The notes beneath the pieces were generated by a model, which worked only from the letters and a program-made list of their open reading frames with translations, ran no database searches and was not told the origin of the DNA. A program made the translations under genes and the position numbers. This document shows, one piece after another, positions 57,183 to 64,000 of a DNA stretch of 64,000 nt. Source of the stretch: an uncultured virus (IMG/VR IMGVR_UViG_3300010278_000172) (Duplodnaviria > Heunggongvirae > Uroviricota > Caudoviricetes); the IMG/VR virus record IMGVR_UViG_3300010278_000172; one strand, given 5' to 3'. The stretch's first letter is position 1. Each line of letters begins with the position of its first letter.

Positions 57183-58988
57183 ATGAAAGAACAGGATTTT
57201 ATTCAGAAAATATGTGGATATGCGATAAGTGATATGAAAGAGAACGGAATTCTCGCCTCTGTCACGATTGCTCAGGCTATTCTTGAAAGTTCCTGGGGCA
57301 CATCTGAATTGGCGAAGAAAGCTAATAATTACTTCGGCATGAAATGCTCTCTGAGCAGCAACTCGTGGGGAAGTGTATGGGATAGAGTATCAAAATACAC
57401 AAAAGTCACTAACGAGCAGGATGAGGCCGGAAAAATTTATACTATCAAAGCGGATTTTAGGGCATATCCAGACATAGAAATGAGCATAAAGGACCATTCA
57501 ATGTATCTTGTTGGTGCTATGAATGGAACGGAACATAGATATTGTGGTATCGCAAACGAAAAAGACTACAGAAAAGCGGTTGAAATCATTAAAGCTGGAG
57601 GATATGCCACAGATATAAATTATGTGTCTAAGATTTGCTCAATCATAAAGAAATATGAATTAACACAGTATGACGAAATGGAGGAATTGAATATGGGAAT
57701 TGAAATCAGAAAGCAGATTGCAACGAATAGTCCCTGCAATAAAACGGGAGATGAAATTACTGTAAAGGGCTCTATGTTACATAGTGTAGGGTGTCCGCAG
57801 CCTAAGCCGGAAGTATTTGCAAAGATTTGGGAGACTTCTACAGGAGCCTGTGTTCATGCAGTTACAGGCGCTGACGCTTATGCAATTCAGTGTTTACCTC
57901 TTTTCCCGGAGCGGAAAAAGGCTAGAAGAGGATGGCATGGAGCAAGTGGAAAGAATGGCAGTGTCAACAACACACATTTATCTCTTGAAATGACAGAGCC
58001 GGCTACAATTAAGTATGTGGGAGGGGCTACATGGATTGAGACAGGAGACGGAAGCAATACCAAGAGACATGTCCTTGCAACATATGCGAATGCAGTACAG
58101 GTATTTGCTAAATGGTGCAAGGAATTTGGGCTAAATCCATTGGAGGATGGTGTAATTATCTCACATCATGAGGGAAATCAGAGAGGTATCGCAAGCAATC
58201 ATGGGGACGTTGAGCACATTTGGAACAAGTTCGGACTTACTATGGATCAGTTTAGAGAAGATGTTAAGAAAGCCATGGGAGGACAGACGATTGACACAGT
58301 GCCAGATGCACCAGTAGATAACAGCAGCGATGATACAAGTTCACAGGCTGTCAATCCTTTGAGTGGTTCTGTGAAGATTATTTACACAGGTGATGATGGA
58401 CTTAATGTAAGAAAAGCACCTTGTATATTAGACAAGTATGTTGATCATGTTGAACATGCAGGCACATTCACTGTGGTTGGTATATCAGCAGATGAAAAGT
58501 GGTACAAGTTAAAGAGCGGGCTTTTTATCACAACCATACCTGAATATGTATCATTCAAAGCAACACCAGAGCAGAAGCAGCAGACAGCAGGCACAGGATA
58601 TTACAGAGTAAGAAAGAACTGGGATGATGCGGACTCACAGATTGGAGCATTCAAGAATCAGAACAATGCCATTGAATTATGTAAGCAGAACAGCGGATAC
58701 AAGGTATTTGATAATGATGGCAATGAGATCTATCCTTGCATCAAAGATGATGGTACTCCTTTTAAGTTCCGGGTGACAATTCCTGATCTCAGAATCAGAA
58801 AAGGACCAGGAACTACTTATGATTACTGGAAGAAAAATGGAAGTCCGGAATATACTGGTAAAAATGTATTTACAATCATTGATACAGCTGAAGGTCCGGG
58901 AGCTAAAGTCTGGGGATTATTAAAATCGGGAGAAAAAGACAGAGACAGATGGATTTCTCTTGATGAAGATTATGGAAACAGACTGTAA
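57183..58988 (+). CDS. Endolysin: GH73 glucosaminidase + Amidase_2 + cell-wall-binding domains
   Basis: AQAILESSWG, NNYFGMK, GYATD..Y; then LHSVG...VHA...WHG...SHHE...HGD; LNVRK and LRIRKGPG SH3-like regions. Confidence 0.88.
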   Translation: MKEQDFIQKICGYAISDMKENGILASVTIAQAILESSWGTSELAKKANNYFGMKCSLSSNSWGSVWDRVSKYTKVTNEQDEAGKIYTIKADFRAYPDIEMSIKDHSMYLVGAMNGTEHRYCGIANEKDYRKAVEIIKAGGYATDINYVSKICSIIKKYELTQYDEMEELNMGIEIRKQIATNSPCNKTGDEITVKGSMLHSVGCPQPKPEVFAKIWETSTGACVHAVTGADAYAIQCLPLFPERKKARRGWHGASGKNGSVNNTHLSLEMTEPATIKYVGGATWIETGDGSNTKRHVLATYANAVQVFAKWCKEFGLNPLEDGVIISHHEGNQRGIASNHGDVEHIWNKFGLTMDQFREDVKKAMGGQTIDTVPDAPVDNSSDDTSSQAVNPLSGSVKIIYTGDDGLNVRKAPCILDKYVDHVEHAGTFTVVGISADEKWYKLKSGLFITTIPEYVSFKATPEQKQQTAGTGYYRVRKNWDDADSQIGAFKNQNNAIELCKQNSGYKVFDNDGNEIYPCIKDDGTPFKFRVTIPDLRIRKGPGTTYDYWKKNGSPEYTGKNVFTIIDTAEGPGAKVWGLLKSGEKDRDRWISLDEDYGNRL

Positions 58989-59113
58989 TAGTCAAGACGG
59001 GCAGTTGCTCCATAACTTATACCGATAAGATATAACACAATTCGCTATAAAATAACAAACGACACAAAAAGATGTCAGAAAATGCTATTTTATAACGGAA
59101 GGAGCAACGACGT

Positions 59114-59371
59114 ATGATAAGAATTTTACTATCTACAAAGCTCGGCGAAATGAAATGGAGTCAGGCGGATCTGGCCAGGGCAACCGGAATCAGACCCAAC
59201 ACCATCAGCGAATTGTACCATGAGTACACAGATAGGGTGAATTTGGAACACCTCGACCTAATATGCGAGGCTCTACATTGCGAACTCGATGAACTGATTG
59301 TTAGGGTGCCAAATGATTATGCGAAGATTACCCACACCAGATCCGGCTCCTTGATTTCGTCAGACAAGTAG
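59114..59371 (+). CDS. Small XRE/Cro-like HTH regulator
   Basis: SQADLARATGIRPNTISELY...LDLICEALHC. Confidence 0.85.
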   Translation: MIRILLSTKLGEMKWSQADLARATGIRPNTISELYHEYTDRVNLEHLDLICEALHCELDELIVRVPNDYAKITHTRSGSLISSDK

Positions 59372-59395
59372 TGCTGCAACACTGCTGTCATAGAG

Positions 59396-59426
59396 AAAGA
59401 CGTTCAAGGAACGAACGTCTTTTTTT
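59396..59426. terminator. Likely bidirectional terminator between convergent genes
   Basis: AAAGACGTTC-loop-GAACGTCTTT with T tract. Confidence 0.7.
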
Positions 59427-59438
59427 ATACCACAATAT

Positions 59439-59882
59439 TTATCTACATTCAATGGTATTTCTATCCAATGAATTCTCAAATAGTGCTAAATCAAAATTGT
59501 TATCAATATATCCCTGTCGGATAGTTTCTATGTAGGTCAAAGATGGTCTTCCGGGTGCACGCTGTTGGTCCATAATATAGACCATAGCTCTTTTCTTTTT
59601 TCCGCCAATATCAACCATTACATTCTGCTTATAATAATATCGGGGATATCCTTCGTATATATCTAATCTTTTCTCGTCTTCCGGTTCAATGTTCCATAGT
59701 AAAACAGGTACATATGAACCCTGCTTTTTGGCTATTGTTGCGTGCGAATTGGTTGCACTGCCTCTGTATAAAAGTTCCCAGTTAGTTAATTGCCCAGTAC
59801 CATAAATACTCGCAGAGGGGCATCTATAAGCCATTTGCTTTAAGTTGAGATTACTTCCGTATGCTACATACAATTTTTTCAT
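59439..59882 (-). CDS. Gamma-glutamylcyclotransferase (GGCT/AIG2-like)
   Basis: YVAYGSNLN..QM..RCP, LDIYEGYP..Y, AMVYIM. Confidence 0.88.
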   Translation of the reverse strand: MKKLYVAYGSNLNLKQMAYRCPSASIYGTGQLTNWELLYRGSATNSHATIAKKQGSYVPVLLWNIEPEDEKRLDIYEGYPRYYYKQNVMVDIGGKKKRAMVYIMDQQRAPGRPSLTYIETIRQGYIDNNFDLALFENSLDRNTIECR

Positions 59883-60058
59883 GCCGATACCTCCTCAATT
59901 TTAATTATTCTTATCCATGGATTTAACTCGCCTCTTGCCATTGACCTAGCAATGGTTTTATTTGGAGCTTTTACATGGTATTTATCAGATATACCACCAG
60001 ATATCATTATTCTGTACATTTTCCAAGGTGTGTCCGGGTTATTCGTTCGTCTTGCCAT
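59879..60058 (-). CDS. Small hypothetical protein (59 aa, below track cutoff)
   Basis: AGGAG RBS, MARRTNNPDTPWKMYR...; stop overlaps GGCT start (ATGA). Confidence 0.55.
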   Translation of the reverse strand: MARRTNNPDTPWKMYRIMISGGISDKYHVKAPNKTIARSMARGELNPWIRIIKIEEVSA

Positions 60059-60103
60059 ATTTTCTCCTATCTCCCCGTTTTGCCGCTAGGTCAGCACTTT
60101 TTA

Positions 60104-61027
60104 CTAAGCTGCCCGACAAGCCATTCCGGCAGCTTTTTTAAGTGGTGTCATAAGATGAAGCCTGCATGTTTTAAATTCGTCTCCATAAAGTCCCAGGCGG
60201 TGGGTAAGAATGTTTCTCATAATTGTAACTTTCTGTTCTGGTGAGTACCCATCCATTGAACGGAATACAATTTTTTCTTGTGAAGTGATAGCCCATGCTG
60301 ATACCGCCAAACAAAACTGTATATAGGCCTTGATTTTTCCTGCGTGAAGTGTGCTGTTAAAAAGTCTGAATTCCACTGTACCCTTGGTGAAGAAAGAATG
60401 GAGATTTACTCCATGATATCTTGTGGAATTGTAATGCTGATGATCGATTCCACCGCAATAACCATCATTTGCTCTGCTATACCAGATTTCTTCGGCTTTT
60501 TCTTTTGTAAGATTCTTATCCTTTTTCATGGCATCAAGTAGCGTTTTGTTAAGTTTGTGGCACCAGCTACTCTCACGGTCTCCGATTTGGAGTGCTTCGT
60601 AAATCAGATCCTGTCTGGCTGTCATAAAGTTAACTAATCTTCTGAGAGATACTGCTGTATGGTTTGCACCATCGACATGGATATGAATACCGCAACTGCT
60701 ATGAGCCTTTGCTCCGTTCTCTCGGAGTTTTCGTATGATGTTTTGGAGAAGTTCAATGTCGGAATAATTGAGCGGCGGTGTTACAAATTCGACTCTGTAT
60801 TCATCAAGAGGCTCGCTTGTATCATCGTTTCTTATTGGTGTGATAGATGAATCTCTCATAATTTTCCATTTGCGAGCTGCCTGATCAGCAATCGTGCGTG
60901 TGTGGTAGCAATTTGATTCTGGATGAGAAGGTGTTGTTCCAAGAACTCCGGCAACGAGACGAGCTGCTTTTTCTCTTGTAATACCTGTCATTTCTACTTC
61001 AACTCCGAATAATTGATTTTTTAACAT
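60104..61027 (-). CDS. Putative amidoligase (COOH-NH2 ligase, Amidoligase_2-like)
   Basis: FGVEVE, DSSI, EFVTPPL, SCGIHIHV, RYHGVN, TVEFRLFNSTL. Confidence 0.88.
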   Translation of the reverse strand: MLKNQLFGVEVEMTGITREKAARLVAGVLGTTPSHPESNCYHTRTIADQAARKWKIMRDSSITPIRNDDTSEPLDEYRVEFVTPPLNYSDIELLQNIIRKLRENGAKAHSSCGIHIHVDGANHTAVSLRRLVNFMTARQDLIYEALQIGDRESSWCHKLNKTLLDAMKKDKNLTKEKAEEIWYSRANDGYCGGIDHQHYNSTRYHGVNLHSFFTKGTVEFRLFNSTLHAGKIKAYIQFCLAVSAWAITSQEKIVFRSMDGYSPEQKVTIMRNILTHRLGLYGDEFKTCRLHLMTPLKKAAGMACRAA

Positions 61028-61050
61028 ATATTTATCCTCCTAAATTGTTT

Positions 61051-61195
61051 TTCTGTTTTATTGAACTTTTATTCTGTTTCTATGAATATATTACCATATG
61101 TACACCCAGTGTCAATGCTTTTTTCTAATATTCTGAATATTTTTTCTGGAAAAGCAGAATAAAAAGTTGACAAAACAGAAAAACGAATTTATAAT
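61051..61195. promoter_or_regulatory. Divergent promoters with repeated TTCTG-containing operator-like boxes
   Basis: Perfect TTGACA(61167)-17-TATAAT(61190) on +; TTGACA on - at 61110-61115; 15-bp boxes at 61051, 61072, 61123, 61145, 61166. Confidence 0.65.
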
Positions 61196-61212
61196 AAAAC
61201 AGAGGTGATTAT

Positions 61213-61374
61213 ATGATTGATGAAAGATTGAAAGAGCAATACAATCAATCGGTTGTCGAGCTAAAGGAAGCTCTTAAAAGGGAGCGTATTTTTAACAGGA
61301 TTTACCGAAATATGATTGCGATAATGGATAAATTAGAGAAAATTTTGCGAAAGACAGGGGGAGAAAGAAGATGA
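61213..61374 (+). CDS. Small hypothetical protein (53 aa)
   Basis: GAGGTG RBS after consensus promoter; stop overlaps next ATG. Confidence 0.5.
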   Translation: MIDERLKEQYNQSVVELKEALKRERIFNRIYRNMIAIMDKLEKILRKTGGERR

Positions 61375-61568
61375 TTTGCTACGATCGACTGTGGAAAACA
61401 CTAATTGATAAGCACTTGAAAAAGACAGAGCTTCGGGATAAAATAGGAATCAGTAATGCCACATTAGCGAAGCTTGGTAAAAATGAACCTGTCAATCTTA
61501 AAGTTATAGATGCTATATGTCAGGAGCTTGATTGTGATGTTGAAGATGTTTTGGAGATAAAACATTAA
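61371..61568 (+). CDS. Small XRE/Cro-like HTH regulator
   Basis: YDRLWKTLID...GISNATLAKLGKNE.V...IC..LDC. Confidence 0.85.
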   Translation: MICYDRLWKTLIDKHLKKTELRDKIGISNATLAKLGKNEPVNLKVIDAICQELDCDVEDVLEIKH

Positions 61569-61583
61569 ATTTAAGGAGGCATT

Positions 61584-61871
61584 ATGTACGTTGAACAGGA
61601 TAATAAAGTGCATTTTGACAAATCTGATTTAATTGATCCGGTTATTCCTTCTCCGTTTTGGAAAAAACCGTCTATCACAATGACGAATCCAGAGGTTCAA
61701 ATTATTGCAGAAAATTGTGATAATGAAAAAAATGCACAAGCAGGTGAATCTGATAGATTAGAACATCAGCCTATATTTGATACATATACTGGTATTGACA
61801 AAAACATAAATGATGTTATTATGATGTTATTAGAGAACACAAATAAAAGTAATGAAAGTAATCACAAATAA
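61584..61871 (+). CDS. Hypothetical protein
   Basis: Strong AAGGAGG RBS; 3' end runs into the att arm region. Confidence 0.45.
   Translation: MYVEQDNKVHFDKSDLIDPVIPSPFWKKPSITMTNPEVQIIAENCDNEKNAQAGESDRLEHQPIFDTYTGIDKNINDVIMMLLENTNKSNESNHK
61811..61831 (+). repeat. Putative integrase arm-type sites (right)
   Basis: TGATGTTATT twice, 11 bp apart. Confidence 0.6.
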
Positions 61872-61929
61872 AATTCATAAAATTAGTGGAAAAATTAACG
61901 ATGAACGTACACAGAAATGCTGTTACGAA

Positions 61930-61944
61930 ATCGAGTTTGAATAA
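61930..61944 (+). repeat. attR core, also the probable left junction of the next element
   Basis: ATCGAGTTTGAATAA, copy of the guaA 3' end. Confidence 0.85.
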
Positions 61945-62124
61945 TTCACACAATCACAAAATACCAGTATTTATGCGGGCCGCAAGCAAATTTGCTTAGT
62001 GATTGGCAACAAAATGGCAACATTTTGCGATTATTCAAGAGATAAAAATTTTATTTCATAACGTATATAAAGAAACCTTACTGATTTTCAGAAGTAAAAA
62101 CTGAATATCGGTAAGGTTTTTCTT

Positions 62125-62652
62125 TTATTTCTTTTTCTTATCAAATAAAGCCTGTACAAGGTGATCGCTCAATTCCTGAGAAGGCACTTTGGCATGTCTC
62201 TGGTAAGTATCCAGTTCTGGGTACTTATATCTCCATTCATCATATTCTTCCTTGCTGATTTCACCGTTTTCCAGTTTGTCAGCCTGTTCCATCCATGCAC
62301 GAAGCATCTGATCTACAGATGAGCCGGGAGCAGATATGGAACGGTCAAGACAGAGATAAGGCTGTCCGCTTATATTTTTGATTTTCAGACCGTACATATC
62401 TTCCAGTGCAAACAATGTGTGCATTAAACCGTCATAAGTATCAATATCAGGCACTGTTAAAGCATGAGTATTGACATCGAAGATCTGAGACATTTGTTTT
62501 ACAAGATCAATTTTAGGAACTCTGGCTTCTGATTCATACTGAGCCATGCGGACATCTGAGGTTTTACCCTTGAATCCCAGTAGTTCTCCGAGTTGTTTTT
62601 GCGTCATGCCCTTGCGGTTGCGAAAAAATTTGATACGTTGTCCGATTGCCAT
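62125..62652 (-). CDS. XRE-family repressor of the second element
   Basis: MAIGQRIKFFRNRKGMTQKQLG...QYESEARVPK; AAGGAGG RBS. Confidence 0.88.
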   Translation of the reverse strand: MAIGQRIKFFRNRKGMTQKQLGELLGFKGKTSDVRMAQYESEARVPKIDLVKQMSQIFDVNTHALTVPDIDTYDGLMHTLFALEDMYGLKIKNISGQPYLCLDRSISAPGSSVDQMLRAWMEQADKLENGEISKEEYDEWRYKYPELDTYQRHAKVPSQELSDHLVQALFDKKKK

Positions 62653-62889
62653 TGTTATTTGCCTCCTTATATATGACATTTCGTGTGTTGCCATGATTGA
62701 TTGTGATATGAAATAAAACAATTCTGTTTAGGCTCAGTATAGCATGAGCAAATTTGGATAGCAAGAAGAACTTAAACAAAACAATTTAATATTCTTGCCG
62801 AAACTACTTGACTTAAATAAATATGTTTAGTATCATGCAAATGTAATAACCTAAACAAATTGCGTTAAGAATGAAAGGGGAGATGCGAT

Positions 62890-63072
62890 GTGACGAACAG
62901 AACTTTTATGACAGTAGAAGAAGTTGCAGCGGAAATGGGAGTTTCCAAGTCTTATGCTTATAAGATTGTCAAACAGCTAAATGAAGAATTACAGAAGCTG
63001 GGTTATCTTACGGTGGCAGGCAGGGTGAATACCAATTATTTCCGTAAAAAAGTATGCTACAGCGAAGCGTAA
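62890..63072 (+). CDS. Excisionase-like protein
   Basis: FMTVEEVAAEMGVSKSYAYKIVKQLNEEL; directly upstream of integrase. Confidence 0.75.
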   Translation: MTNRTFMTVEEVAAEMGVSKSYAYKIVKQLNEELQKLGYLTVAGRVNTNYFRKKVCYSEA

Positions 63073-63093
63073 GAGAAAGAGAGGAGAATTGGT

Positions 63094-64000
63094 ATGAGCA
63101 TTTACAAAGATAATGCCACTGGGAAGTGGCGAGTGGTCTATCGTTATAACGATTGGACAGGAAAAACGAAACAAACCTCCAAACGAGGATTTCCTACGAA
63201 ACGGGAAGCTCAGATGTGGGAACACGAACAGATGTTAAAGCATGATGCAAAACTGGATATGACTTTCGCAAGTTTTTATGAAATCTATGTAGAAGATAAA
63301 AAAGAACGAATCCGGGATAACACATGGGGAACGAAAGGTCATATTGCAAGAACAAAGATTCTTCCATATTTCGGAGAGCGTAAGATTGCTGAGATAGAGC
63401 CAAGGGATATCATTGCATGGCAGAATCATTTACTTGCTTGCCGGAAGCCAAATGGACAACCATATTCTGCTTCGTATTTGCAGAAGATTCACAGCCAGTT
63501 AAGTGCCGTTTTTAATCACGCAGTTGATTTTTACCATCTGCCCTCTAATCCGGCACAGAAAGCAGGAAATATGGCTTCGGAAGAGCATAAGGAAATGTTG
63601 TTCTGGACGAAAGAAGAATATCTGAAATTCGCAGATGCCATGATGGATAAACCAGTTTCCTACTACGCATTTGAAATGCTGTACTGGTGTGGAATCCGTT
63701 TGGGAGAGTTGTTGGCACTGACACCTGCAGACTTTGATTTCAAATCCCACACGTTGCGAATCAATAAGTCTTATCAGAGATTGAACAGGGAAGATGTAAT
63801 CACACCACCAAAGACATTAAAAAGCAATCGAACGATTAAGATGCCGCAGTTCTTATGTGATGAGATGCAAGATTATATGGCAATGCTTTATGACCTGAAA
63901 GACGATGACAGAATCTTTACGATTTCTAAATCCTATTTGCATCATGAGATGAACAGAGGGGCGAAAGAAGCAGGCGTAAAAAGAATCCGGGTGCATGATC
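63094..64000 (+). CDS. int: Tyrosine integrase of the second element (runs off window)
   Basis: Manual translation MSIYKDNATGKW...DWTGK..TSKRGF...CGIRLGELLALTPAD...PKT...IRVHD; clearly homologous to 586-1665. Confidence 0.92.
   Translation, partial: MSIYKDNATGKWRVVYRYNDWTGKTKQTSKRGFPTKREAQMWEHEQMLKHDAKLDMTFASFYEIYVEDKKERIRDNTWGTKGHIARTKILPYFGERKIAEIEPRDIIAWQNHLLACRKPNGQPYSASYLQKIHSQLSAVFNHAVDFYHLPSNPAQKAGNMASEEHKEMLFWTKEEYLKFADAMMDKPVSYYAFEMLYWCGIRLGELLALTPADFDFKSHTLRINKSYQRLNREDVITPPKTLKSNRTIKMPQFLCDEMQDYMAMLYDLKDDDRIFTISKSYLHHEMNRGAKEAGVKRIRVHD

Larger units (their letters stand above)
371..61944. mobile_element. Complete temperate prophage (contractile tail) integrated at the guaA 3' end
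   Basis: Integrase, repressor/cro, replication, terminase, portal, capsid, sheath, baseplate and lysin modules, bounded by a direct repeat of the guaA 3' end. Confidence 0.93.
61945..64000. mobile_element. Second integrative element (IME/ICE/prophage) in tandem at the guaA site, truncated by window end
   Basis: Repressor-xis-int module after attR; own arm-like repeat TGGCAACA at 62004 and 62015. Confidence 0.75.

Noticed and set aside
1..64000. Second VR / additional DGR target
   Set aside because: No further copy of the TR or its GGTTTCCGCTCCGCT end found by eye; a BLASTN of TR against the whole genome is needed to exclude remote targets
1..64000. tRNA, rRNA, CRISPR arrays, IS transposases
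   Set aside because: None recognised by eye; tRNAscan/Infernal were not run, so small RNAs may be missed

Overview
Almost the whole window is one apparently intact temperate prophage of about 61.6 kb with a contractile tail (myovirus type). The host is probably a low-GC gut Firmicute (Clostridia/Lachnospiraceae-like; inferred). The phage is integrated at the 3' end of guaA: the core ATYGAGTTTGAATAA lies at 371-385 and 61930-61944. A second integrative element with a homologous tyrosine integrase follows in tandem (about 61945 to the window end). Gene order is integrase/immunity, early recombination and replication genes (single-chain SbcD-SbcC fusion, initiator, loader, RecU, beta clamp), late regulator, a pre-terminase cassette, packaging/head, tail/baseplate, DGR, lysis, then an amidoligase/GGCT moron. 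Highlights: (1) a complete diversity-generating retroelement whose VR and TR differ at 15 of 115 positions, all at TR adenines, plus an operator-like motif shared between the avd upstream region and a nearby HTH gene; (2) a cassette of a sodium:solute symporter, two PP-loop (PAPS-reductase-like) proteins and two ParB-like proteins directly before terminase, a candidate uncharacterised modification system; (3) a portal fused to a Nudix hydrolase and an unknown C-terminal domain, followed by an immunity-like gene; (4) a non-coding copy of part of the initiator gene. All family assignments come from motif recognition by eye; no searches were run.
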